Assembly: GCA_050273025.1 (NCBI GenBank)
Contig: CP158635.1
Coordinates: forward strand, 4,588,001 to 4,652,000
Length of the DNA stretch: 64,000 nucleotides
From: Cenococcum geophilum
Taxonomy: Eukaryota
Reading direction: 5' to 3'
Shown: positions 50,785 through 64,000 of the stretch, piece after piece
Layout: each line of letters begins with the position of its first letter
Numbering within the stretch: position 1 is the first letter of the stretch
The notes under the pieces: model-generated
The model's input: only the letters and a program-made list of their open reading frames with translations
Told to the model about the DNA's origin: nothing
Database searches by the model: none
Made by a program: the position numbers and the translations under genes

Positions 50785-52948
50785 ATACTTAAGCCTAAAA
50801 CAAAATCTGAGGCTAAGCCTAAGGCGAAGCCTAAAATAATAAAGCCTAATCTTAGTAAAGCTAGCTACTCCAAATATAATAGAGAGTGGGCTAATATTAA
50901 TAACTTCTTAACTAATCTACTAGACTCTAAAGTATTGTGTTTTCTAAATCTGGGGCTACTGGCTCTAGTAAGATCTATTAATTCTTTAGGTTTGCTATAT
51001 TAAGGTATTATCTACATCTTAAATAGTATAAGATAATAGATATCGGCTAATATATGCGTATAGACGGTAAAGGTAGTCTTGGCCCTATTCCTCTATAAAT
51101 ACTATATAGTTACTAACCTAGCTAAAAATGAGCTAACTAGGCTATAGGTGTTAAGGAGATAAACTTAGCTATAGATAGGTTATTTAATGGAAGCAGTCTA
51201 GGTAGGCATGTTAATGGCACTATAGCTCTTATTTACTAATTAATAATAAAATTTCCTTTAGTTCTTAAGGATAACGCAGCTAAAGTAAGCTATAGCATAG
51301 GGGATATCTAATCTGGTAGTAGGTTGCTAGAATATTAGGACAATAGTCTGGACGCAGCTAGTATATATACCCCCTTTATAGAGAATACTAGAGGCGTATA
51401 TAATAGTAAGTAATCTTCCTACAGACTTATAGAGCCCCTATTTTAATATATTTAAAGATAGTCTACTAGAGTAGGATAAACCTCTTTATAAGGATCTAAG
51501 TATAATAAGTTAGCTGTCTATAATATATAAGCGGAAGCGCATTTTATCCGCTAATACGGCTATCTCCTCTATAGAAGTGCTGGACTTAACCTTAGAACTA
51601 GCTCTAGAAGACTTTTATTTAGTAAAGCGGTAGAGGTTAGCCTAGCTATAGGTAGAGAGCCTTATATCTAGTCCTGTGTATATACTAAAGTTAACACCGC
51701 TACTAGGCCGCGGTAGCCTAATTTCACCTCTTAGAACTAGTAATAATTTAAATACTAGTAACCTAGATGGTGGCAATAAAGATAATAACGCTAACATCCC
51801 GGATTTACCTTAAAGTGACATCCTTAATTTAGTAAATAGTAGGGATAGTAAATACTAAGGGCATAGGCTAGATATAGGGCCGCTAAAGCCCTTAAGATAA
51901 TTGGTCTCTCTATATAGACAAATAGAGGGCGATTAATACGTTAATAAGGATATATATATAGGTGAAGATAAAAGTAATAACAGTAATGGTAAGGTTGGGG
52001 AGAGTAATAAGGACAACCCTAATAGCGACTAGGAGGTGTCCTGTAGGGCTAGTATAGCAACTTTATAGCAACATAAATATAGCAATTGTCCGTTCTAAGA
52101 TAAGTGGCGTGGTCTAATAGGAATAAGTTTTAAATGGCTTAATAGGAGCATAAGGCCTATAAGAACATTGCGACATTTAAAGTCATTACTAGCACGCCGC
52201 CACTTTAGATCTAAAGCAAATATTACAACTTAGTCTGCCTTTCTTTAAACATCCTTTCTAGGAGTAAAGGTAGTATATAACTGCACTATTAACTATAGAT
52301 AGAGTAACTATGCGGACTATTGGCTAACTAATATTACCCTTTACTAGGTGCCAGAATGTATAATATTAGTAATAGCGATTGTATATTAGAATAAGATAAT
52401 ATTAAAGTTGTCTTTAAAACCATTAACAATTATATACAACTTGCTTAGTAATATAGGGCAACTTATCTATATAACGCAGTTAACGTTGGATTTATAGCTA
52501 TTAGTAGGCTATTAGTATAATAATACGCTAAATATATACTCCAGTCTAAGCTTAATGCAGTAAAGTAGTGACTATACCGCTAGTAAAATTAGTATATATA
52601 GTCCGCACAGCAGGGGGGGGCAATAGTAATGCTGTTAGTCTAGATAATAACAAGGATAACAATAATAGAGATAATAATTTTGAGAATGGCAGCCAAAGCT
52701 TAGGCAGCGAAAGCTTAGGTAGTAGTAATTCTAATACTAACGCTACCGCCGCTAATAATAGGCGGCTCTATAGAGAGCATAGGCGCGTATAGGTCTAAAT
52801 ATGTTAGCCGTGGCTAAAGTTAGATAATTAGCGCTTACTTGTGTATAAGAATAAGATGGGTATAAAGTGGGATGATATATTTAGTCGCTTCTTAGATTAG
52901 ACGCCAGGTATAGTATAGGCGTACTGGCACATATTATAAGGGAAGTAA
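50785..52948 (+). pseudogene. RIP-inactivated ~720-codon gene with acidic low-complexity tracts and a C-terminal Myb/SANT domain
   Basis: Long frame with RIP-type stops. C-terminus de-RIPs to PWLESDDQRLLVYKNKMGMKWDDIFSRFPDRTPGAVQxxWHMLQGK*, with three regularly spaced Trp. Possible 5'-UTR intron GTAAGC...TTAG at ~49550-49629. Confidence 0.65.
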
Positions 52949-53234
52949 TTTATTAAGGCCGCTGCGATATCCTTAGGATCTCCTAAACCATTCTTACGGA
53001 GTAAGGTTTATTATAACTATAGCACTTTATCCTATTTGCTGCTAAATTCTCTTACTATTTTATCTACAGAATTATATACACTATGCCAATATTAAGAAAT
53101 AATTCTAATCTTCCTAAAGGAGTTAGTCTCCAGAATCTCTCCTTCTCTTTATTGTCTAATTTTGTCTAGAGTAGTAAAGTTTTATAATATTACGGAAAAT
53201 TTAAAGACCTGGCCTATAATCTTCTCGCCTCTTT

Positions 53235-53934
53235 AGCTTATACTATTCTCCACAAAATTAATATATTAGAGACGGTGTTATATAACTATAGGCTTATAGA
53301 ATTAATATAGCACTTCCTCTTCTCCTATAGGAGGTAGGCGTAGTAGAGAATTAAACTAAAAGAGTAGCATAGAGACTAATCTAGGGATCTATTATATGCA
53401 TTAGGCTACTTAAGCAGATAAGAAGGAAATAGGAATATTAACGGCCTAATTAAATACTGGAAGCTAGATATTAGCGTAGTTAGAGCTATAATTAAATTTA
53501 TAAAGGAGACTGGACGTTTATACCTAAGTGTATAAGATATAAAAGGTATAAAAGCCAACATTAATAAGTAAAGACTCTTAAGAATTCCTCCTCTAATCTC
53601 CTAACTAAATATACTATAAGCCTCCTCTATAGGTATCTCTATTAGTACGTTGCTAATTAAGAAGCATATAATATTAGAACAGCCCTACGGACATAAGGCG
53701 TCAAAAACTACTTACTTAGGCTCGCCTCTAAACTCTAACTTTCCTCTAATAGTAATTTATTACTTTCCTTTATTTCTTTAGTTAAGTATAGTATTAGGCA
53801 GTAGATATATAGTTTTTATAATTGGCTTCTAAACTAGAGCAAGTATATTAGTGGTAGGAAGTATTTAGCTAGTGCCCTATAATGGCCTATACCCTAAATA
53901 GTATATAGCTATAATAGAATATACATATATATAT
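53235..53934 (+). mobile_element. 5'-truncated Tad1-like LINE fragment (different family)
   Basis: De-RIP CDCGLxESIQHFLFSCRRW...GDLSYALG...WKPDISVVRATIEFxKETGRL, followed by a 3' UTR and an (ATAC/AT)n tail. Confidence 0.75.
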
Positions 53935-54118
53935 AATGTACGTACTAAAAAAAAGCTAGGCTAGAAGTGGCCCCTTCCTAAAATAAAATGCCTAGATTAG
54001 TGTGTCTATAGTAACTAACTACTTAACTAACTTATATTGTTATTAGGCCTAAAAACGGCCTCTATAAGATATTAGGTCTAAGTTAAATAGATAAGATAAC
54101 TAATAGGGGATAGGTAAT

Positions 54119-54484
54119 TGTTAGATAATGTATATAAAGCAGTTTATTAATAAAATAGGTTAATTAATTAATAATCTTAATTAAGTCTTAATTATTAATT
54201 GACCTAGGGCCCCTACGCTTAGATAAAGAGATTTATAATACACGTGATCTATATACGTGACTTATGCACATCCTACACCTCTAAGAATATAGATTATCTA
54301 ATATACCCCCTTAGCTTTAACCTGGTTGAGGATAAAGCTAGCCACCTTTTTGTGTCCGTTAATGCGTTAATTAAACTATAATCTTATCTAAATCCCTCCG
54401 TCTCGCTTTAATATTCTCCCTTAAGTCCTTTAATTACTTCTCCTTATTTAGCTACTCCTTAATATCTACTATTCTAATTATATT
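54119..54484 (-). mobile_element. 3' end of another Copia-like element (LTR 54119-54303, PPT, pol C-terminus)
   Basis: TGTTAGATAAT...ATTATCTAATA followed by TACCCCCTT (PPT on the minus strand), then minus-strand MIGMVDIKEQL-like pol tail. Confidence 0.55.
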
Positions 54485-57400
54485 TGTCGGGAATGAGGCA
54501 ATTTGCCGTCACGTACGGCAAACTGCCGTCACATAATGGCAAGTTGCCATCACGTGTCGCCGCGGCACTAGCGTGGCGAGGAGCCTTAAGCTCCTCGCCC
54601 TTCCTCATTCCAATTAATAAGCTTTATTAACCAATATCACTGTAACCCTACTCGAGTAGTTGTTATTAGTGAGTCACCCTATATAACCAACACTAATTAG
54701 TAGTTAAATACACAGTTAACTACAGAGCAGCTAGGTTTTTAAACAGAAGAGACAGTCTTATATAGGGGTGCCATATGCGCTTATATAGAATGGATCCCGG
54801 CAATACTATACTACCTTAGACTTACGGAAAACTAGTAATAGAAGTGTTACTAAGTACTAGGAGATACCAAGTTGCGTCTATTATATAGAACAACTGCGTT
54901 TACGAAGATTTGGTTAAGTACTTTAGGTCAGAAGTATTACTAAACCTAAGGTCCTAAGTTAACGTCCAAAACGCGTTAAACAATATCTTAAATTACCTAC
55001 CTCTTAACAGTAAACCTACGAGATCCTATAAAACCGAAAATCCTACCTACCTTTAATATACGACACCCTATTAATTCTATACCTACTATGGCGTTAACCT
55101 ACCCAAAGAAGTATAAGAAAGATATTAACCCAAAGATATAAAATAAAGCTATAATTAACCTTACAAACGCTAATAAACAAGACTTAAATGGATTTTTATT
55201 ATACCATATAGCACATTACAAGGACAGTAAATACAACGATACCGCGCTATAGAAATATATAAAGGAGGACTTTATTAAATGGATAAAGAAAACATAGGCC
55301 CCTATAAATAAGGATATCGTATAGAACTTCCGTAACTTCCTTTAAGAAAATAGAGTATTTATCCCTAAGGACGGGGGTACTATTAGAGATAATATTTAGG
55401 AGCAGGTTCTTAACGTAAAAGAAAAGCACAAATAGACTGTATAAGAGATTAAGCACTAACTACGCACTATAAGGAAGCTTAACTTATAATAGAATCCAAG
55501 TAATATACTATAAGAGACACGTTCTAATTCTATTACTCTAGGCATAAGTTCTTCCGTTTTATATCTATCACCTCTACCTCTATCTTTAGTTCCCTATAAT
55601 CTACTAATTTAACCTATAACTTTAACCACTGCCTCTTAATATAAGTAAGTATAAGATCCCCTTGCTTTACAATTTACTAACCTTTAAACTCTACTAACTA
55701 GACCTATATCCCTACTATAGCCTATAATATAACTCCTACCTCCTCTATCTTAATCTTAAATTAAAGGTAGTTTAAAATTGCTTACAAAGCTTGCGAAGCT
55801 CTATTCGGATTAAGAGAAGAAGTTTAGCGGGGAATTATATAATATTCTTAATTTGAAACTACGTATCTTCTATAACTATTACTAGAAGGTAGGAATAGAG
55901 TCTAATTAATACTATAACGCCTATTCCGTTATACTTAAGGGCCGAGCTAGTACCTTTTATTATAATCGTTTAATAGGAAAAGGATATAATTTTAACCGCA
56001 TAATATATAAGTTAAGATGCTACTTTAAAACAGAAGAGAATAAATAGTAGTATATATTAGAATAGAGAGAGACTACCTTTCTAAAAATTATTGCTATAAA
56101 CCCAGGTATCCCTCAGCTTAATTATCTTCAAAAGCTCTTTAATTAACTTTAGATAATTTAGCGTGGTTTATCCAAATTATATTAAAAGGACTTCAGCCTA
56201 CGTAATTAAGTTATTAGCGTATGTTAAGGTGTTAAAGAATATAACCTTACTCTCTTTAATCCTATAAATACTTATAAAGGAGTATATACTTAATTAAGAT
56301 CTTCTATTAGCACTACTCTACGCTCTTAAAAAGTATAGCAATTTAACGCCTAACTCTAACCTACTTTAATTGACCCGCCTAACTAATACGATTATAACTG
56401 GACTAATCGAACATATGGTAGCCAGGGTAGGCAATATAGTAGAGGGTACAATTAACAACTATAAGGTAAAGGTGGAGGTCCTTATAAAGGTTTATTTTAA
56501 AGTAATTACTAGAAGAAGTGCTACGTTTATAAGAAACCGAATTACTAGTTAACTAGGCATTCTTTTAATAAATAAAAGGAGGTATATAACAAGTTCCGCT
56601 AGAGTATAAGAAATGTTAAAAATTATAAGGTTACTACAGCCTACTTCTAAAGCTTCCTAGTTTAATATAAAGGCGTAGAAGATCTTAAGGGTGAGGTTAA
56701 TAAGGCTAAATAGCTCCTTATAGATATAGAAATTAAGGAGTACTTACCCGACTAATACTTTACTAAGTATAGTAAGGTAGATAGTATATAAACCGTTACT
56801 ATTCTTAATGACCAATCTACGCTCTATTTTACTATAAAGTTAAATATCTTTAACGAGCTAAGGGAGAGTTCCGCGTTCTCCTTTAATAACAAATACTCGG
56901 CGAACGTCTTCTATAGTATTATACCAGATACTAAAGCCATAGGAGTATCTATAGTAGAAGAACCTTAAGTTCGAGCCCTTTAGTAGCTTAATAGCTCTAT
57001 TTAGATTAACTATTTAACGGCAGGCCAATATACGATTCGTTTTGGTAAGGGTACTATAATCTCTATTAGCACAATTAGGGTCCAAACCCCCTTAGGGTAC
57101 ATTACCTTTTACGTCGTTCCTATAAATACCCTATTTCTATTTTATATTAGAGATATAGACAAATTAGGCGTTAAGCTTAATAACCTTAAGAATGTACTTA
57201 TTTAGGGAGATAATTAGGTGCCCGTCGTACGCAAGTAGGGTTACCCCTAGTTACTCCTTTATTAACTAGAAAAGAGTATTACTTAGAGCTATTTAACTAA
57301 GTTAGAGTTACGTCAACTACACCGTCGTTTTAGCCACCTATCTGTTTACTAATTACTTAGGGTTCTTCAGCGGGCAGGCCATAAAGTTAAGGTTAAGGCA

Positions 57401-60400
57401 ATTAAGCATCTTATAAAGTACTACTATTAATACCAAATGAACCAGAAGTCCCCTAGCCAATTTAAGTTTACCCTTAAAGATAACTATAACTTTAACTTCT
57501 ATATCATTATTAACGTTATATATCTTAGCGGTAAGCTAGTACTCTAAATTATTGACTTCTTAACCTCCTTCTAAGCCGCACGATTCTTAAAGGATATATT
57601 AGCTAGGAACGTATAGGATACCCTTTAATTATACTAGATTAATATCTACCTAGGACCCCCTAATTAAATCGTCCATAATATAGGAAAGAACTTCTTATCT
57701 ATAGAGTTTTAATAATAGATAAAGGCAATAGCAATTAAGGTTAAGGAAGTCCCTATTAAGGCATATAATAGTATCGGAAAAGTAAAACAATATCACGCGC
57801 TATTACGCCGCGCATATAAGATTATCTCTTTAGAACTAGAGGACGCTAGTAAAGAACTTACCTTATAAATAGCTATTAAAGCTATTAACAATTCCGCTAG
57901 CCTAGATGGACTCATACCTATATTGCTAGTCTTTAGCGCCTACCCTTAAATAACTAATGATTCTCTACCATCTCCCTCCATCGTATAATAAGCTAAGGCT
58001 ATTTATAAGGCAATAAAGAAGGTATAATGTTTCTACGCTATACGCTAGGTTAATAACTGACAATCGGAAGTCCGTGCACTGATTGTAAGAAAAGAATGAT
58101 AACTCTGTCTATTGAATGGTGGCTCTAGAGCCTCTATATATACATAGGAAAGGTGTAGGAAATGAGAACGAGAAGGGGGTAGGGGGGTGGCAATGGAAAC
58201 AAGGGGTAGGTGACTGAGTCAATGATCGAGTCAATGATTGAGTCAATGACTGAGTTAATGGGAGGCAGCTGAGTCGGTGATAAGATAACCTGATTTAGGT
58301 CGACACACCCCCCCAGCTGATTAACTGGTAGGTGATTAGCTGGATATACCTAAATAGGAAATATCCATGGTGTTGAACTAAATAGAAACCATCTAAAAGC
58401 AAGAATTTGATAAGGAAATCGTGTAAATAGGTTAAATAGTACAGTCAAATCTGACTATAATAGAGTCTTGATATTAATTAGATTTAGTTGTTGAATGAAG
58501 CTTTCGTGCTTCTGCCTTGGTAGGGCCTTCGTGAGACCGTTAGCTGTTATGTCAGTAGTAGGGACCCACTTGATTACAATTGAGCCCTTTTGAACTTCTT
58601 AGCGAAGCCAATGCTGGTGGATATCTATGTGACGAAGCTTTGTGCTTAATTGGGGTCCGTTCTTGGTGAGTAGTTGAATCGTCTATAGGTTGTCGCAGCC
58701 AATTATATGTTCCTTATTCGTGTGGAGTCGTATAGCTTGAAAGAAGCGCTGCCACTAAATTAATTTGGTAGCTGCATTTGATAGAGCCTTAAGCTTAGCT
58801 TTAGTGCTTAATGTTGTGACTGTCTTCTGCTTGGTGGAGCGCTAGTTAATTGCTCCCCTAAATAGTGAAAATATGAAGCCTTTAGTGCTCTTCTGACTGA
58901 TAGGATTATTGCTAAATGCAGCGTCGCTCACACAGACGATGATCTGACTTCCAATATTCCTGTTTGAGTATTCGATTGCTAGGGTTCTTGTTTGATAGAG
59001 GTATGCAATCGCTTGATTGACTGCGGCTTTGTGTAGGGGCGACGGATTGCGAAGGAATTCTGTGAGCTTGCTCGAGGCTCGAGCGACGTTAGGTCGTGTA
59101 ATGTAGGTGGCGTATAGTAGTGAGCCGACCTTCCGTTGATATATATAGACCTGCTGCTCAGAGGCCTGTTCTGGATTAGGTAAGAGATCGTCCGTACTTA
59201 TTGGCGTATGTATTGGACGATAATCTTTTAGATGGAAGGTGCTGGCGATCTTATTAATGTAGGAATCTTAATAGAGCTAAAGCTTCCGTTAAGGTTGATT
59301 GCGGAGGATTCTGATTCCTAAGAACCAGGTTAGTTCACCTAGGTTCTTTATCTCGTACTTCTTTATCAGCTCTTCCTTAAAGAGTTAAAGCTTTGGTAAG
59401 TCTTCTGTGCGGCAGGCTGCTATAATATTGTCGACGTAGAAAAACATAATTAGCCAGTCGTTGTGAAATAGGCATGATTCTCTATTGACTGCCGTCAGAC
59501 CTAGGGTCATTAGGGTAGTTGAGAACTTATTAAGTTAAAGCAATGGTGATTGTCTGAGGCCGTATAAGGCTCTTCGAAGGAGTAGACACCTGCCCTTCTG
59601 TTGAAAGCCATCTGGAAACTCGATATAGACTGTCTCATTAATAAGGCTATTAGTGAAGGCGTTGACTGCGTTGCACTGCCAAGTCTCTAGATTGCATGCA
59701 GCGATAATCGCCATCATAGCCCTGAATATTTTTGCTGCAAGGGTTGCTGTATACGTGTCCTTTTCGCTGGGTCGTTATAAGTCACCTTGTATATAAAGAC
59801 GGGCTTTAAATTTAACTAGATATCTATTAGTGTTAAACTTATAAGTAAATACCTAGGTGACGGGTAAGACGTTAAGCGACACTGTCCGTATGACGGTCTC
59901 GAATGTCCCTCGCTGCTTGAGATTACTGAATTCCTTATTGGCGGCTTCCGTAAAGCCATCTTTGTACGGGTGAGCTTGAAGCTCCTTCCAGCTGCGAGGT
60001 AGTAATAGAAGCTCGTCGCGGTATAATCGCTTCTGGTGATATTTAATTCCGGTAGCAAAAGCTCCGTAGAAGGCAGGAAGGGTATTTGATTGCTTAATAT
60101 CTATAAGATAAGCTTCTCGACGCGTTGAGGGCTTCTTAGTTCTTCTGCTTGTTACAATATTAACATCGCCCACATCGCCGTGGATCTCCTGTCTTGGATG
60201 GGCTTGTTCTCTAGGAACGAGTTTAAATCGGGGTTTTTGCTTAATTGAGGCACTTGACGGCTCTACATTGGTAGTATCTAATTGAGGTTCTGGCGTCTTA
60301 GCTGGGGTAGGGAGGCCTGGTGTAGAGTCGTCCTCAGAGGCTTGTGGGCTGATTACGTCATCGTCCTGATCTGTCGCTTGATCTTGATTTTCATCAGCAT

Positions 60401-63400
60401 CCACCTGTCGACTTCCACTAATATCCACCTCGTCCTCCTCATCTGACGTCTTATCTGACGTCTCGTTAAGCTCTTCCTGAAGCGTCCTATTAATATTTGA
60501 CATATTGATTACCTCCAAAATTTGATCCGCGCGTTTCTGGAGCAGATTCGCGAGATCTGGCTGACTGTCGTCATAGAGCAATTGCTCGTTGAACGTCACG
60601 TCTCTCGTTCAAATTACCTTCTTTTCGCTGGGTATATAGACCCTGAAGATGTTCGTCGACTGGTACCCCACTAGGTATCCAATATGAGCCCTTGGCTCAA
60701 GCTTTCGTATGCGTGGGATTTTATATTTAAGCGGGTAAGCTCTACAGCCGTATATTCGTAGGTGAGCTATATTCGGCTTCAATGGCGAGAGCCCTAGTGC
60801 TAACTGAAGCTTCTCAAAAGGTGTCATCCAGCCGAGCTGGGCGCTTGGTGTCCGATTAATCAGATACGCTACAGCCCTAGTAATTTCTGGCCAGAGCTCT
60901 TCTGGTAATTGAGCTTCAATCCGCATGCATCGAGACTTGATAATAATCACCCCCCTAGAACATTCGGCAGAACCGTTCTGAGACTTTATATATGGGGCCG
61001 ACTGTTCTAGTAATATTCCTTTTTAGGTCCTCCAGGTGTTGAACTCGCTACCTAGAGACGTTTCGCCATTAATTCGAATTATTGCGATCTTTAGGTTATA
61101 TTAACGTTCTACCCTATTCGAGTATCGTATAATTGCTTGCGTCGTCAACGACTTATAGGCGAAGGTCTCAACCTCGTTCAAATGCAGAAATTCGTCATAG
61201 AAATGTATTGTCCAGATATAACCGTTATACGCCACAATCTCTTGAAACAAGTCAATATGCACTCGGTAGAAGGGTCTAGTTGCCTTGCTAGTAGGTGGTC
61301 TTCTTGATACAATCTCGTGAGCCTTACTAACAGCGTAGGTCTCGCAGTCGATCGTCGCTAGACCTCGAAGTTTTGCACCACCTACTTCCTGGGGTAAATG
61401 CTTAATCGCGTCGGGTCCTGCATGGCCCAGTCTCTTGTGCCAGAGTCTACTATCTACTTCCTGATCAGGAAGGGGGTCTCGCAATTGGATTGCGAATGAG
61501 GCCTTACTTGGGGTCTTTAATTGCAGCTCGTTATACTCTAGGGTTGATTGATTATAATAACGCTCGCAATATGCGAACGTCTCGTGATCGTTTTTATACA
61601 GTAGGTTCTTTTTATTGTCCCACTATATGTCCTTATTATTAAACTTTCTTAGGCAGGCTAAATTTATATAAAAACCTGGTATATAAGCTGCGTTAGCTAA
61701 GAAGATCTTTTTGGGACCTGATGGCGTCCGGATAGTAATTACCGCCGTCCCTATACCCTTGACTGGATCTATACCCGTCCCGGCATATATAAAGTTATTG
61801 CTCGGTCGGAGCTCGTCAACGAACCTTAATTGATCGTTGATAACGTGTATAGTAGTTCCGTTGTTAAGTATTACGCTGTCGCGCAGCTTATAGTCAGTGC
61901 CTGCTTTATGGGCGCCTATTTAATATACGTAAAAGGTACTATCGTCTTCCTTTTCGTCTGGGCTCCGTATAGCTTCCTTCTCTAAAGACTGCTTCCTAAC
62001 CTTCTCTAGTGTTCGCTTATACTATTTTGGGGCGTTAGCAATCTTTTTCTTAACCTTCTTGGCCGTCGCTTTATCTAATTTCCAGTCCTTTGATTGAACC
62101 AACTCATTAATATAAGGACAATCCTGGAACCAGTGAACAGCTCCGCAGTAGTACGTCGGGGTATCTTTCTTCTGTGCCGTCTTGGAGGTGGTAGGGGCCT
62201 TGTCCTTAGGAGCCTTGTCCTTAGGAGCCTTATCGATTGGCTTGCCCTGGAAGCTTACTGCATTAGCACTAAGCTGAGCTCTATTCTTCTGCTGGGTAGT
62301 CTCCAATTGTTGATAGTTTCGATATATGTTGACCAGTCGATATATGGATATCACGTGGTCCTTGGCCTAGTCGTGTTTGTTGAATTCGACCCTCCACGTT
62401 AAGGCCCAATTTGGTGATACTGGCTCTACCGCCAGCAGAAAGTCTCTAATTGCTTGGTCGCCGTCTACATCTAATAATTTAATCTTTTTATAGTCGTTGT
62501 ACGTCTTTTCCTACTGCTGTAACTAGGTCTCGAAGTTCTGATTCTTCGGGCCCTTTTTGACCTTGGCGTATTGAGTGGATAGGTAGAGCTGACGTGTAGT
62601 ATTGGTAGGGGCAACCCTCTCCTTAAGAGTTACTAGTACGTCGTATACCGAGTCGATACCCAGTATGTAGGTGTTTAGATGTCTAGCTACTATACCGGTG
62701 GTGTAGCTTCGTAGAGAAGTTAAGGCCGCCTTCTGCTTCTTATATTCCTTCTCTACTATCTTATACCTCTTATGGAGAATTCAAAGCTCGTCCTTCTCGT
62801 CCTTAGAGAGAGCTGTATATGAGGTCGTTCCTGTCTTTATATCTTGAGGTCTAGGAAAGACTGGTTTAATTAATTGGGGCAACTTGTCCCGTTTGGTTGA
62901 GGGGTCGACGTATTTCTATACGTCTCCTGTTTGGGCTTGAAGCCTAATAAAGTTGATCCATTCGTCCTAATCAGCTTAGCTCAATAATATCACCGTTGTG
63001 GTGATAGCTTGGGTAGGTGGTTGAGAAGTTATATTAAAAAGGTGCTTGCAGAAAGGTTGAAGGATTTGGTAATAAGTAGTATTTTGATAAGGGGTATATT
63101 AATTAAATAGATTAATTAAATTAAATAGTTGAATAGGGGCAATACGGTAAGCAACCCGGGCTTATAACTGATAATCGGAAGTCCGTGTACCGATTGTAAG
63201 AAAAGAATGATGACTCTGTCTATTGAATGGTGGCTCTAGAGCCTCTATATATATATAGGAAAGGTGTAGGAAATGAGAACGAGAAGGGGGTAGGGGGGTG
63301 GCAATGGAAACAAGGGGTAGGTGACTGAGTCAATGATCGAGTCAATGATTGAGTCAATGACTGAGTCAATGGGAGGCAGCTGAGTCGGTGATAAGATAAC

Positions 63401-64000
63401 CTGATTCAGGTCGACAATAACGTATTAGGAATAAGAAATAGCCCAAATACCTTAACTACGCTTAATCTACCACTTTAGTCTAAGGTACGCGTATAGCGTA
63501 AAAAGGGAGAATAGTTAGGCCTATATTAACTTATTACAATTAATAGTTAAACTTGCACTATTTAGATGCCTTATAGACCCACTTAATTCCATTTAACTAT
63601 TATTAAGCCTTACTATAAAGATAATAGTTCCGAGCCTTTATAGGATACCATAGAAGATGCCCTAGAGAAGAGCTATAATTAATATGCTCTAGAAGGCGAC
63701 CATAATCCTAATATAATTGTAGTAGATATACCGCAACTATAACGCGGTAGAGGTCGCCCAAAGGGATTATAAAATCGCTAATATCTTATTAATTTTAAAG
63801 AGTAATTTGTTGCCACCATTAAGAATAGAGTTAAGCTATTAATAGCCTTTATAACAGCTAAGAAAAAGGCTAACTTTAAACTCGCAAAACAGCTCTAAAA
63901 GGAAGGTCGTATTATAACTTCAGGAGCTCCTTTCTAAGCATCTAATAAGCAGGAAATCAATAGTCTCATTACAAGAGGGGTCTTTAAATTTAAGAAGTAT
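54485..64000 (+). mobile_element. Copia element D second copy (5' LTR 54485-54692, gag-pol), interrupted by element E and running off the window end
   Basis: LTR TGTCGGGAAT...ACCAACA is similar to 44501-44676. Palindrome ACTAATTAGT at the LTR/internal junction. Integrase ELRQLHRRFGHP (~57304-57340). Resumes at 63417 collinear with ~42066 onward. Confidence 0.9.
58058..63416 (-). mobile_element. Copia element E, complete, lightly RIP-mutated; 248-bp LTRs (58058-58305, 63169-63416), TSD ATAAC
   Basis: LTRs differ at 7 positions. ATAAC on both flanks. PBS-like GTTATAAGCCC and PPT GGGGGGGTG on the minus strand. Gag-pol ~63032-58455 includes LWHKRLGH, LINRTPS, LRIYGCRAY, LRRALYGLRQSP, FYVDDI and ADGLTKAL. 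Confidence 0.96.

Noticed and set aside
44501..54692. LTR pair enclosing the hAT and Myb gene as cargo
   Set aside because: The first is a 3' LTR (after pol and PPT) and the second a 5' LTR of a separate copy.

Overview
Filamentous-ascomycete-type genomic DNA (spliceosomal introns with CTRAC-like branch points, fungal TE families). Most of the window is AT-rich, TpA-enriched, stop-riddled transposon DNA with the signature of repeat-induced point mutation (RIP). Protein calls in those regions come from motifs read with C>T/G>A changes reverted by eye ('de-RIP'). In order: two tail-to-tail Tad1-like LINEs; a hAT element inserted into a related hAT copy; a 4.3-kb RIP-free gene island (a 4-exon dimeric alpha/beta-barrel-like gene divergent from a PhyH/KanJ-like Fe(II)/2OG dioxygenase, plus a 5'-truncated third gene); an 8.6-kb TIR-bounded DNA element; nested Gypsy and Copia LTR elements; a second hAT inserted upstream of a RIP-killed C-terminal Myb/SANT gene; a LINE 3' fragment; and a young Copia nested in a GalEa-like Copia. 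The 8.6-kb element encodes a RecQ-like helicase, a DUF6589/Academ-type transposase and a third unknown gene, and is punctuated by an internal repeat motif. It is the strongest candidate for a little-described system, followed by an antisense, probably spliced, Zn2Cys6-like plus coiled-coil gene carried by a chromovirus. No searches were run; family names rest on motif recognition.
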